Assembly (NCBI GenBank): GCA_963771355.1
Contig: CAVYTA010000006.1
Location: 1,312,001-1,376,000, forward strand
Length of the DNA stretch: 64,000 bases
Source of the DNA: an uncultured Candidatus Rokubacteria bacterium
Lineage (GTDB): Bacteria; Methylomirabilota; Methylomirabilia; Rokubacteriales; CSP1-6
Reading direction: 5' to 3'
This document shows, piece after piece, positions 34,100 through 42,728 of this stretch; positions within the stretch are counted from its first letter, which is position 1; each line of letters starts with the position of its first letter. Both the position numbers and the translations under genes were made by a program. The notes beneath the pieces are model-generated. The model searched no databases and had not been told where the DNA came from. It saw only the letters and a program-made list of their open reading frames with translations.

Positions 34100-35238
34100 C
34101 GCAGCCGCTCCGAGCGCATGTAGGTCTTCTGGCGTCGGAAGGTGGCGCGCTTGTAGAGCGGGAAGGTCGAGAAGAAGACCTGCATCTTGCGCCACCGGCC
34201 ATAGATGCCGAGCGGCTCGAACAGGATGAAGAGCACCAGGATCAGGCCGAAGATGCCAGGCTCGAGGCCCGGCTGCTTGACGAAACGGTCGAGCCCCAGG
34301 TACACGACGGCTCCCGCGTCCTGGCCGAGCAGCGCCACCGCCTGGCCCGCCCACTGGGGCACGCGGTCGCGCGCCTCCGAGATCAGCACCGGCAGGATCG
34401 CCACGAACACCGCGCCGTAGAGCGCGCCGTGCAGACTGCCGAGGCCGCCCACCACGACCATCAAGAGAAATTGGATCGAGAGGAGCACGCTGAAGATGTC
34501 CGGGGCCAGGTAGCCGATCTTGTGCGCGAACAGCGCGCCCGCCGCGCCCATGAGACCGGCGGAGTAGGCGAAGGCCATCGTCTTGTAGCGCGCGAGGTGC
34601 ACGCCCATGGACTGCGCAGCGATCTCGCTGTCGCGGATGGCCACCCAGGCCCGGCCGGTGGGCGCCCGGAGCACGTTGGCGGTGAGCCAGAGCCCGGCGA
34701 TCAGCACGGCCACGCAGAGGAAGTAGAACGCGACGTCGGAGGCGAACGAGACGCCGAAGATCACCGGCTTGTCCACCGGCCGGCCCTTGAGGCCGTGGGT
34801 GACCCGGTCCCAGCGCGTGAACACTTCCTGGATGATCAGCGCGAAGGCGAGCGTGGCGATGGTCAGGTAGACGCCGGTCATGCGGAGCGCGGGCAGACCC
34901 ACCAGCACGCCCGCCGCCGCCGAGATCGCCGCGGCCAGCGCCACCGAGACCACCCAGGGCAGGCCGAGATCCTGGAGACAGAACACGTGGGCGTAGGCGC
35001 CGATGCCGAGAAACGCTGCGTGTCCGAGGCTCACCAGGCCGGTGTAGCCGGCCAGCACCATCAGCGAGAGTCCGCAGAGCCCGTAGATGAAGACGAGGCT
35101 CACGTCCACCAGATAGGACGGCACCGCCAGCGGCAGCAGGATCACGGCCGCGAGCAGGCCTCCGTACCAGCGGCGCTGGACGCGATCGCGGAAGAGGCCC
35201 AGGTCGTCGTCGTACGCGGTCTTGTACGGAAAGCGCAT
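34096..35238 (-). CDS. ABC permease (LivM-like)
   Basis: GYTGLVSLGHAAF, YLTIATLAF, AIRDSEIAA..MG, VVGGLGS. Confidence 0.94.
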   Translation of the reverse strand: MRFPYKTAYDDDLGLFRDRVQRRWYGGLLAAVILLPLAVPSYLVDVSLVFIYGLCGLSLMVLAGYTGLVSLGHAAFLGIGAYAHVFCLQDLGLPWVVSVALAAAISAAAGVLVGLPALRMTGVYLTIATLAFALIIQEVFTRWDRVTHGLKGRPVDKPVIFGVSFASDVAFYFLCVAVLIAGLWLTANVLRAPTGRAWVAIRDSEIAAQSMGVHLARYKTMAFAYSAGLMGAAGALFAHKIGYLAPDIFSVLLSIQFLLMVVVGGLGSLHGALYGAVFVAILPVLISEARDRVPQWAGQAVALLGQDAGAVVYLGLDRFVKQPGLEPGIFGLILVLFILFEPLGIYGRWRKMQVFFSTFPLYKRATFRRQKTYMRSERLR

Positions 35239-35245
35239 GCGCCGG

Positions 35246-36118
35246 TCAGACCTTCTTCCGACCCACGGTGCCGAACAGACCCTGGGGCCGGATGGCCAGC
35301 ACCAGGAGCAGTACGATGTAGGCCGCCACGTCTTTGAACCCCTGGGGCAGGTACACGCCCGAGAACAGCTCGATCAAGCCGATGGTGACGCCGCCGACCA
35401 GCGCACCCGGGATGGAGCCGAAGCCGCCCAGGACCGCGGCCGCGAAGGACTTCAACCCGATGAACCCGAGGTTGATGTCGATCAGCGACACCGGCGCGAG
35501 CAGCACGCCGGCGATGGCGGCCACCCCCGCCGAGATGGCCCAGATCAGCGAGAACATTCGCTTCACCGGGATGCCCATGTAGTAGGCGGCAAGCTGGTTC
35601 TGGGAGGCGGCCTGCATGGCGACCCCCACGCGCGAATACGTGAAGAAGGCGTAGAGCAGCGCGCACAGGAGCACCGTGCCCACGATGATGGCCACGTACT
35701 CGTGGCTCACGCTGACCGCGCCGAGCCGTGTCGTCCTGGCGCTGAACGGGGTCGGCAGCGTGTAGATCTCGGAGCCCCAGGTCATGGAGGCGAAGCTCCG
35801 GAACATGGCGCCGAGGCCGATCGTGAGCATGACCACCGCGAACTGGGGCTGGCCGATGACGCGCCTCAGGAGCGTGGCGTCGAGGACGGCGCCGAACAGC
35901 GCGACGATCCCCACCGCGAGGGCGAAGGCGGCCCAGTAGCCGACTCCGTACCAGACCACGAACATGTAGCAGACGAAGGCACCCAGCATGAGGAGATCGC
36001 CCTGGGCGAAGTTGACCAGCTCGGTGGCCTTGTAGATGAGGACGAAGCCGAGGGCGACCAGGCCGTAGATGCAGCCGACGGCGACACCGTTCAGGGCGAG
36101 TTGCAGAATGGTATCCAG
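35246..36118 (-). CDS. ABC permease (LivH-like), probable CTG start
   Basis: Conserved N-terminus LQLALNGVAVGCIYGLVALGFVLIYKATELVNFAQG lies in frame upstream of the ORF-track start (35989); VLGGFGS motif. Confidence 0.9.
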   Translation of the reverse strand: MDTILQLALNGVAVGCIYGLVALGFVLIYKATELVNFAQGDLLMLGAFVCYMFVVWYGVGYWAAFALAVGIVALFGAVLDATLLRRVIGQPQFAVVMLTIGLGAMFRSFASMTWGSEIYTLPTPFSARTTRLGAVSVSHEYVAIIVGTVLLCALLYAFFTYSRVGVAMQAASQNQLAAYYMGIPVKRMFSLIWAISAGVAAIAGVLLAPVSLIDINLGFIGLKSFAAAVLGGFGSIPGALVGGVTIGLIELFSGVYLPQGFKDVAAYIVLLLVLAIRPQGLFGTVGRKKV

Positions 36119-36357
36119 AGCGGACCCCCCACCGGCGACGCCGGCTGCTGCGCCCGTCCGCCGCGACGACCCTGTCGCAGGATAGGCAACATGAACGACC
36201 TCCGGAGACGGTCGCCCCCTTCCTTGGGCCCCGTCAACGTGACCTCAGGTGCCAGACTCGGCCGCTGGCCGCCCTGAGGCGCACGACACCCAACACCCTC
36301 CGCGCGAGCCGAGAGCACCGGGCTGGCGCAGCGACACCCTAGCCAGGCGCCGCGCAG

Positions 36358-36945
36358 GTGTCAAGCGTCCAGGCGGACTTCATGCACCTCGCCAGGGCGG
36401 CGCGAGTCCTTGACGCCCCGCTCGACGGCATCCATGCTTTCGGCACGGCGAAGTCGGAGGCGCACGCCCTCACGGTGACCATTCGGGAGACGCCCTGTCG
36501 AGACACCATGAGCGGCGAGGCGATGAGCCATGCGGTGACCGTGCGACTGAGCGGGCGCGAATATCGCGGCTGCGGCGTGGTGCTGCGCACCGGTTCGCTC
36601 ACCAATACCTACTGGAAGCTCACCGAGCTTGACGGTCGCGCCGTGCTCGCCTCTCCCGATCGCCGGGAGCCGCATCTGCGACTGATGGTCGAAGGCGCCC
36701 GTGTGGCCGGCTCCACCGGGTGCAACAGTATCCTCGGCCGCTACGAGCAAGCTGGAGACCGCATCCGATTCTCCGCGCTGGCCACCACGCGGATGGCCTG
36801 CCTCGACGCGGAGGCCAACCGTCAGGAAGGGGTCTTCGCGGAAGTTCTGGGCCAGGTGGACCGCTTCATGGTGTCGGGCGATGCCCTCACCCTCTACCAG
36901 GGAGACCGGCCCCGGGCTCGCTTCGCTGCCGTGTACCTACGCTAG
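36358..36945 (+). CDS. META/HslJ-domain protein with upstream CxDxMSG...GCG module; start uncertain, possibly 5'-truncated
   Basis: PCRDTMSG...RGCG, YWKLTELDG, GSTGCN, ATTRMAC. Confidence 0.75.
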   Translation: MSSVQADFMHLARAARVLDAPLDGIHAFGTAKSEAHALTVTIRETPCRDTMSGEAMSHAVTVRLSGREYRGCGVVLRTGSLTNTYWKLTELDGRAVLASPDRREPHLRLMVEGARVAGSTGCNSILGRYEQAGDRIRFSALATTRMACLDAEANRQEGVFAEVLGQVDRFMVSGDALTLYQGDRPRARFAAVYLR

Positions 36946-36960
36946 ACCCGCTCCTTGACG

Positions 36961-38193
36961 TCAAACTGGACGCCCGCTCGAGGCCGCGTCGTCCCCCTCG
37001 GCGGAGGGCCGGCGTCGCCGGCGCCGGCCCAGCAGGCTGGCCGGGCGCACGGCGTCCTCGCCGAAGCGCTCGGTGAGCTGGTCCAGCGCCCGTCCCAGGC
37101 GCTCGCGCCGCGCGAGGTCGGGACCGAAGAGTGGGATCTGCCCCTGCCCCGCGGGACCCAGCCCGGACACCGAGAGACCAAGGAGGCGCACCGCCTGGAT
37201 GAGCCGCACCCGGCCGAGCAGCGCGGCAGCCTCCTCGAAGATACGCAGGCCATCCTGGGTGGGCTCGCCGGTATGGGCGCGCGTGTAGGTCGAGAAGTCG
37301 GCGAAGCGGATCTTGAGCGTCACTACGCGCCCGGCATACCCTTCGGACCGCAGCTCCCGGGCCACCCGCTCGGCCTGCCCTCGCAGGGTCGCGCGCAGGC
37401 GGTCGAGGTCACGATGGTCGGCGTCAAAGGTCTCCTCCGCGCCCATGGACTTGGGCACGCCGAACGGCTCGACCGGGCGCTCGTCGCGGCCGCGGGCGAG
37501 CTCTGCGAGAGCAAGGCCGCCGCTGCCGAAGCGTGCCTCCAGCGCAGCGCGCGGCATTTTCGCGAGCTGACCGATCGTTCGGATGCCGAGGCCCTCCAGC
37601 TCGGACGCGGTGACCTTGCCCACGCCCCAGAGCCGTCCGATGGGAAGCGGCGCCAGGAAGGCTTCCTCGGACCCGGGTGGTACGACCACGAGCCCGTCGG
37701 GCTTCTCGAGCTCGGACGCCACCTTGGCGAGGAACTTGTTCGGCGCCACCCCCACCGAAGCGGTCAGGGACATTTCGGCGCGTATCCTCGCCTTGATCTC
37801 CCGCGCGATGCGGGGGCCGTCGCCGCGAAGCGCGCGGCTCTCGGTGACGTCGAGGAAGGCCTCGTCGATGGACACCGGCTCCAGCAGCGGCGTCCACTGC
37901 GCCAGCAGCGCCATGATCTCTCGCGATACCCCCGCGTACTTGTCCATGGCCACCGGCAGGTACACGGCGTCGGGACAGAGCCGGTAGGCGCGACTGATGG
38001 GCATGGCGGAGTGAATGCCGAAGCGGCGAGCCTCATAGGAGGCGGCGGAGACGACGCCGCGCCCGCCCGGCAGGGCGCCCACCACCACCGGGCGGCCCCG
38101 CAGCTCGGGTCGGTCCCGCTGCTCGACGGACGCGTAGAACGCGTCCATGTCCACGTGAATCACCGTCCGGATCGCGGGCGCGGATCCGGGCAT
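36961..38193 (-). CDS. dinB: DNA polymerase IV
   Basis: HVDMDAFYASVE, SYEARRFG, SIDEAFLD, NKFLAKVAS, KPDG. Confidence 0.96.
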   Translation of the reverse strand: MPGSAPAIRTVIHVDMDAFYASVEQRDRPELRGRPVVVGALPGGRGVVSAASYEARRFGIHSAMPISRAYRLCPDAVYLPVAMDKYAGVSREIMALLAQWTPLLEPVSIDEAFLDVTESRALRGDGPRIAREIKARIRAEMSLTASVGVAPNKFLAKVASELEKPDGLVVVPPGSEEAFLAPLPIGRLWGVGKVTASELEGLGIRTIGQLAKMPRAALEARFGSGGLALAELARGRDERPVEPFGVPKSMGAEETFDADHRDLDRLRATLRGQAERVARELRSEGYAGRVVTLKIRFADFSTYTRAHTGEPTQDGLRIFEEAAALLGRVRLIQAVRLLGLSVSGLGPAGQGQIPLFGPDLARRERLGRALDQLTERFGEDAVRPASLLGRRRRRRPSAEGDDAASSGRPV

Positions 38194-38199
38194 GGCGGA

Positions 38200-38769
38200 C
38201 TACTGCGCGGGGCCCCCGAGGCCGAGCGAAGGAGCCACCGCGGTGAGCGCGCCGATGACGAAGCGCAGATGCTCCTCGAGCGGCACCGCCAGCTCCTCGG
38301 CCCCCCGCGTGACGTCGTGGCGGTTCACCGTCCGGGCGAAGCCCTTGTCCTTGAGCTTCTTGAGCACGGAGGCGGGCTCGAGGCCGGCGATGGCGCGACC
38401 GGGCCGCACCAGGGCGCAGGCGGTGACGAAGCCGGCGGGCTCGTCGCAGGCGTAGAGCGCCCGGTCGAGCAGGGACACCCGAGGGCAGCCGGAATAGTCG
38501 GCATGGGCGAGGATGGCGTACACGATCTCTTCGGGTACCCCCCGCGCGCGCAAGATCTCCGCGCCCTTGAGCGGATGCTGGGGCGCGGTGGGGTGTATCT
38601 CGTAGTCGAAGTCGTGGAGCATCCCGGCGATGCCCCAGGCCGCCGCATCCGCGCCGTAACGGCCGGCATAGGCCCGCATGGCCGCTTCCACCGCGAGCGC
38701 GTGCTTGCGCAGGCTGTCGGTGTGGGTGAATTCGGTGAGGACACTCCAGGCGGCGGAGCGATCGATCAT
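38200..38769 (-). CDS. HD/HDIG-domain phosphohydrolase
   Basis: LRKH, LHDFDYE, ILAH, ACDE, KLKDKGFA. Confidence 0.9.
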   Translation of the reverse strand: MIDRSAAWSVLTEFTHTDSLRKHALAVEAAMRAYAGRYGADAAAWGIAGMLHDFDYEIHPTAPQHPLKGAEILRARGVPEEIVYAILAHADYSGCPRVSLLDRALYACDEPAGFVTACALVRPGRAIAGLEPASVLKKLKDKGFARTVNRHDVTRGAEELAVPLEEHLRFVIGALTAVAPSLGLGGPAQ

Positions 38770-38801
38770 CTCGGGACCGGGGAGGGGGAGGCGGTCCTAC
38801 A

Positions 38802-38984
38802 TCAAGCGCGGGCGGTGGGCTGGCGGGCCTTCCACTTGTCGATGGACTTCTTGGACAGGAGCCACTGGCCGTTGTGATGCAGCGCGGGGATGCGGCGCTC
38901 GAGAGCCATGCGCGTCACCGTCTGCTCGTCCATGGCCAGGTACTGCGACGCCTCCTTGATGCTCATCGTGTCCGTGGGAACCAC
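38802..38984 (-). CDS. Small excisionase-like helix-turn-helix protein
   Basis: MSIKEASQYL..TV..M...RIPA...GQW; AAGGAG SD before GTG. Confidence 0.8.
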   Translation of the reverse strand: MVPTDTMSIKEASQYLAMDEQTVTRMALERRIPALHHNGQWLLSKKSIDKWKARQPTARA

Positions 38985-39024
38985 GCCGTCTCCTTTTTCA
39001 TTCGTCTCTCGCTCTGGGCCGCTT

Positions 39025-39693
39025 TCACGCCTGTTCCTCGCTCTCGCGCGCGGGGTGCTTCAGGGCCTCCAGCTCGCCCTCGAGCGCCCGAATGCGGTCG
39101 AGCAAGTGCTCCACCGTCCGCGCCAGCGGATCGGGCAGGTCCACCTGGTTGAGGTCGATCTCGCCGTGGACACGCTGCCCGTCACGATATGTTACCCGGC
39201 CGGGCACGCCCACGACAACCGAGTTCTCCGGGACCTCCCGCACCACCACCGAGCCCGCGCCGATCCGGCTCCCCGCCCCGATGGTGAAGCCGCCCAGAAT
39301 CTTGGCCCCCGCGCCCACGGTGACGTTGTCGCCCAGGGTGGGATGACGCTTCTCCCGCCGCACACTGGTGCCGCCGAGGGTCACGCCCTGGAGCAGCGAC
39401 ACGTTCTGGCCGACCTCCGCCGTCTCGCCGATGACGATGCCCATGCCGTGGTCGATGAAGAGGCCCGGCCCGAGCTTGGCCGCGGGATGAATCTCGATCC
39501 CGGTGAGGAAGCGGCCCAGGTGGGCCACGAAGCGCGCGAGCGTATGCCAGCCCGCGTTCCAGAGGCGGTGCGCCACGCGATGAATCCAGATGGCGTGGAC
39601 GCCGGGATACGCCAGCACCACCTCGAGCTTCGAGCGCGCGGCGGGATCCCGTTCGAGCACGGTCTGCACGTCGGCTTTCATCCGCTCGAACAT
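39025..39693 (-). CDS. cysE: Serine O-acetyltransferase
   Basis: Start ATG 39693; RDPAARS, GIEIHP, FIDHG, GVTLGGT...RHP, hexapeptide repeats. Confidence 0.96.
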   Translation of the reverse strand: MFERMKADVQTVLERDPAARSKLEVVLAYPGVHAIWIHRVAHRLWNAGWHTLARFVAHLGRFLTGIEIHPAAKLGPGLFIDHGMGIVIGETAEVGQNVSLLQGVTLGGTSVRREKRHPTLGDNVTVGAGAKILGGFTIGAGSRIGAGSVVVREVPENSVVVGVPGRVTYRDGQRVHGEIDLNQVDLPDPLARTVEHLLDRIRALEGELEALKHPARESEEQA

Positions 39694-39697
39694 CGCC

Positions 39698-40099
39698 TCA
39701 TGCCTCCCCGGCCGGCCAGCCGCCGGCCTCTCGCATCCGGGCCATCGCATCCCGCGCCGCCGCCCGGACGGCTGCGCTCACCACGTGGGCGGCATGGGCC
39801 CGGTCCGCGGGGAGTCCTCCCACCGCCGACTCCACGCGCGCGTCGACCAGCTCCAGCAAGTCCTCCACCGCCACCCCCCGGATCAGCTCCGTGGCCGCGC
39901 TCGAGGCCGCGATGGTCGGCCCGCACCCGTAGGTCTGGAACCGCGCCTCCGTCACCCGACCCTCGCGCACCCGCAGGTACACTCGCGCGAGGTCCATACA
40001 CTCCGGGTACTCACTCTCCCCGACCCCGTCGGGATCGCGCATCATGCCCGCATTCCGCGGGTTGCGAAAGTGCTCGATCAGGGTCGGGCTATAGCGCAC
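39698..40099 (-). CDS. IscU/NifU N-terminal-like protein lacking the third conserved Cys
   Basis: [28 protein letters not shown] where IscU has LPPVKIHC. Confidence 0.85.
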   Translation of the reverse strand: MRYSPTLIEHFRNPRNAGMMRDPDGVGESEYPECMDLARVYLRVREGRVTEARFQTYGCGPTIAASSAATELIRGVAVEDLLELVDARVESAVGGLPADRAHAAHVVSAAVRAAARDAMARMREAGGWPAGEA

Positions 40100-40100
40100 C

Positions 40101-41255
40101 TCAAGCCTTCAGGGGAGAGAGGCTCCGCAGCTTCCCCGCCAGCGGCTCCACGCAGTCCAGCACGTAGTCGACGTCCTCGGCGGTGGTGGTCCGGCCCAGC
40201 GAGCACCGCACCGCACCCATCGCCCAGTCCAGGGGCATCCCCATGGCCACGAGCACGTGGGAGGGCTCGATGCTCCCCGAGGTACAGGCCGACCCTGCCG
40301 AGACCGCGACGCCCTTGAGATCCAGCCCCAGCACGATGGATTCGGACTCGATGTGCCGGAAGCACACGTTGCAGGTGCCGGGCAGCCGCTCGGTGGGATG
40401 GCCGTTGAGCCGGATCTCCGGCACCCGCCGCTCGAGGCCCGCCCAGAGGCGATCCCGGAGCCCGCGGACCCGGGTCTCCTCGGCCGCCATGTCGCGGGCC
40501 CGCACCTCCACCGCCCTGCCGAGGCCGACGATGCCGGGGACGTTCTCGGTGCCCGCGCGACGCCGCCGCTCGTGCTCCCCGCCGTGCTGCACCGACACCA
40601 TCTTGGTGCCCTTGCGGATATAGAGGCCGGCGATGCCCTTCGGCCCGTAGATCTTGTGCGACGAGAAGGACAGCAGGTCGATGCCGAGGGCGTCGAGGTC
40701 CAGCGGAAGCTTGCCGAAGGTCTGCACCGCGTCCACGTGGAAGGGAATCTCCCGCTCGCGGGTGAGCCGCCCGATGGCGGCCACCGGCTGGATGGTCCCC
40801 ACCTCGGAGTTGGCGTGCATGATCGACACCACGATGGTGTCGGATCGGAGCGCGCGCCGCACGTCGTCCGGATCCACCATGCCGTGGCCGTCCACCGGCA
40901 CGTACGTGGCCTCGAAGCCCGCCTTCTCCAGGGCCTGCACGCTGCGGAGGACGGCGTGGTGCTCCACCGCGGAGGTCACGATGTGCCCGCGGCCCCGCGC
41001 GGCGGCGATTCCCTTCACGGCCACGTTGTCGGATTCGGTCCCGCCGGAGGTGAACACGATCTCGTCCTTGCCCACGCGGAGGAAGTGCGCCACGCGCTCG
41101 CGCGCGCCCTCGACCCCGTCGCGCGCCTCGCGGCCGAAGCCGTGGATGCTGGAGGGATTCCCGAACCGCTCGGAGAAGAACGGCAGCATCGCCTCGAGCA
41201 CCTCCGGATGCACGGAGGTGGAGGCGTTGTGATCCAGATACACGCGACGGTTCAT
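40101..41255 (-). CDS. Second cysteine desulfurase (IscS/NifS group I)
   Basis: YLDHNAST, FTSGGTE, HVDAVQ, SSHKIYGPKG, SAGSACTS; no IscS C-terminal tail. Confidence 0.95.
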   Translation of the reverse strand: MNRRVYLDHNASTSVHPEVLEAMLPFFSERFGNPSSIHGFGREARDGVEGARERVAHFLRVGKDEIVFTSGGTESDNVAVKGIAAARGRGHIVTSAVEHHAVLRSVQALEKAGFEATYVPVDGHGMVDPDDVRRALRSDTIVVSIMHANSEVGTIQPVAAIGRLTREREIPFHVDAVQTFGKLPLDLDALGIDLLSFSSHKIYGPKGIAGLYIRKGTKMVSVQHGGEHERRRRAGTENVPGIVGLGRAVEVRARDMAAEETRVRGLRDRLWAGLERRVPEIRLNGHPTERLPGTCNVCFRHIESESIVLGLDLKGVAVSAGSACTSGSIEPSHVLVAMGMPLDWAMGAVRCSLGRTTTAEDVDYVLDCVEPLAGKLRSLSPLKA

Positions 41256-41283
41256 TGACGGTCCCCTTTCACGATGCTAGGCT
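41255..41283 (+). promoter_or_regulatory. Sigma70-type promoter of the dsrE-like trio
   Basis: TTGACG-N17-TAGGCT with extended TG; -35 overlaps the start codon of the divergent desulfurase gene. Confidence 0.7.
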
Positions 41284-41292
41284 GAGCCCGCG

Positions 41293-41610
41293 ATGGAATA
41301 CGCGGGGAAAAAGCTCGGTCTCATGCTCTCCACCGGCCCCGAACACCGCAACCTCGAGACCGTGGTGGGTCTGTCCGAGGCGGCGCTCGATCGCGGCGCG
41401 CAGGTCTACCTCTACCTCATCGACGACGGCGTGGCCGCCGTCGACGACCCTCGCGTCCAGACGCTGGGCGAGCGGGGCGCGCGTCTCTTCGTGTGCGCCT
41501 TCGGCTGCCAGAAGCGCGGGCTCCCGCTCTCGGAGCGCGCCACCAACTGTGGCCTGGTGGTGCTCACCGACGTCATCATCGGCACCGATCGCTTCGTCGC
41601 GCTGAACTGA
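41293..41610 (+). CDS. DsrE/TusD-like sulfur relay protein
   Basis: LYLIDDGV, LFVCAFGCQKRG with the conserved Cys. Confidence 0.85.
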   Translation: MEYAGKKLGLMLSTGPEHRNLETVVGLSEAALDRGAQVYLYLIDDGVAAVDDPRVQTLGERGARLFVCAFGCQKRGLPLSERATNCGLVVLTDVIIGTDRFVALN

Positions 41611-41614
41611 TCGC

Positions 41615-41971
41615 GTGCCCGACGGCCGGCCCGTGCTCGTGCTGATCTCGGAGGATCCGCGCGTGTCCCACCGCGCCAACGAGGCCATGCGCATCGCGCT
41701 CGGCGTGGTGGCGGGCGAGAACGACGTGGCGGTGGTGCTCAGCGGGCCCGCCGCCCACCTGCTCGACGCCGACACCGACGACCTCGTGGACGGGGACGAC
41801 ATCGCCAAGTTCCGCGCGGCGCTGAAGAAGCTCGGTATCGTCTTCCACGTGGAGACCGGCGCCGCGCCGTCGGATCCCGACTGGAATGCGGACGGCCACC
41901 CGGTGGCTCCCATCGACGCGGACGGAGTAGCCGCGCTCGCCGCCCGGGCGAGCCGGTACCTCGTCTTCTGA
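41615..41971 (+). CDS. DsrF/TusC-like protein
   Basis: EDP..SHRANEAMRIALG...VAVVL pattern; middle gene of the trio; no Cys. Confidence 0.75.
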   Translation: MPDGRPVLVLISEDPRVSHRANEAMRIALGVVAGENDVAVVLSGPAAHLLDADTDDLVDGDDIAKFRAALKKLGIVFHVETGAAPSDPDWNADGHPVAPIDADGVAALAARASRYLVF

Positions 41972-42192
41972 TGGCGCGCTACCTCCACCTCCTCAAGGCC
42001 GACACGCCCGCGCTGGCGCCCGCGGTCATCGGACAAGCCGCCCCGGATGCTACCGTCACCGTGGTCATGCTGGACGGGAGCGTCCCCCCGACCCTGCCGC
42101 CGGGCGCACGTCTCCTGCGCCTGGGCGAGGGCCTCGACCATGCCGGGCTCCTCGACCTGATCTTCGAGTCGGACCACGTGATCAGCTGGTAG
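41971..42192 (+). CDS. DsrH/TusB-like small protein
   Basis: LHLLK N-terminus and LLDLIFESDHVISW C-terminus; TGATG coupling. Confidence 0.75.
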   Translation: MARYLHLLKADTPALAPAVIGQAAPDATVTVVMLDGSVPPTLPPGARLLRLGEGLDHAGLLDLIFESDHVISW

Positions 42193-42207
42193 CATCTCGG
42201 CCCGGCG

Positions 42208-42408
42208 TCACCGGTCGCGAAACTCTTCGTGCCACTTCATCTGGATAGCCTCGAGGATGCCCTCGTTGGAGGCCTTCGGATCGTCGTCGAAGTCCTCCAG
42301 CGCGATCACCCACTTGTGCAGGTCGGTGAACCGCACCGTGAGCGGGTCCGTGTCCGGATGCACGTCCATCAGCGCGATGGCGATGTCCTCCGCGTCCGAC
42401 CATTTCAT
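42208..42408 (-). CDS. iscX: Fe-S assembly protein IscX
   Basis: [30 protein letters not shown]. Confidence 0.95.
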   Translation of the reverse strand: MKWSDAEDIAIALMDVHPDTDPLTVRFTDLHKWVIALEDFDDDPKASNEGILEAIQMKWHEEFRDR

Positions 42409-42728
42409 TTCGGTATCTCCACGACGACGTCGCCTTTCACCACCGCCTGGCAGCCGAGGCGCGAGTGGAGGGTCAGCCCCTCGGCGGTGTCGAGACGGTC
42501 CTCCTCGTCGGGCTCCATGGGGGAGAGGTTGCCCTCACCCTCGCGGACGATGACGTGGCAGGTGGTGCAGGCGCAGCTGCCGCCGCAGTTGTGCTCGAGA
42601 TGGATGTCGTTCGCGAGCGCGATGTCCAGCAGCGACCCGGGCTTGCCGTGGTCGGCCAGCGGATACTTGTCGTCGTCCACCTCCACGGTGACGTCGAGGG
42701 GAAGGAAGGTCACCTTGTGCTTCGCCAT
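42405..42728 (-). CDS. fdx: ISC-type [2Fe-2S] ferredoxin
   Basis: [13 protein letters not shown]...SRLGCQ. Confidence 0.95.
   Translation of the reverse strand: MAKHKVTFLPLDVTVEVDDDKYPLADHGKPGSLLDIALANDIHLEHNCGGSCACTTCHVIVREGEGNLSPMEPDEEDRLDTAEGLTLHSRLGCQAVVKGDVVVEIPK

Noticed and set aside
38802..38984. Excisionase-like HTH as evidence of a prophage or integrative element
   Set aside because: No integrase, att-like repeats or phage genes; it sits within a housekeeping run
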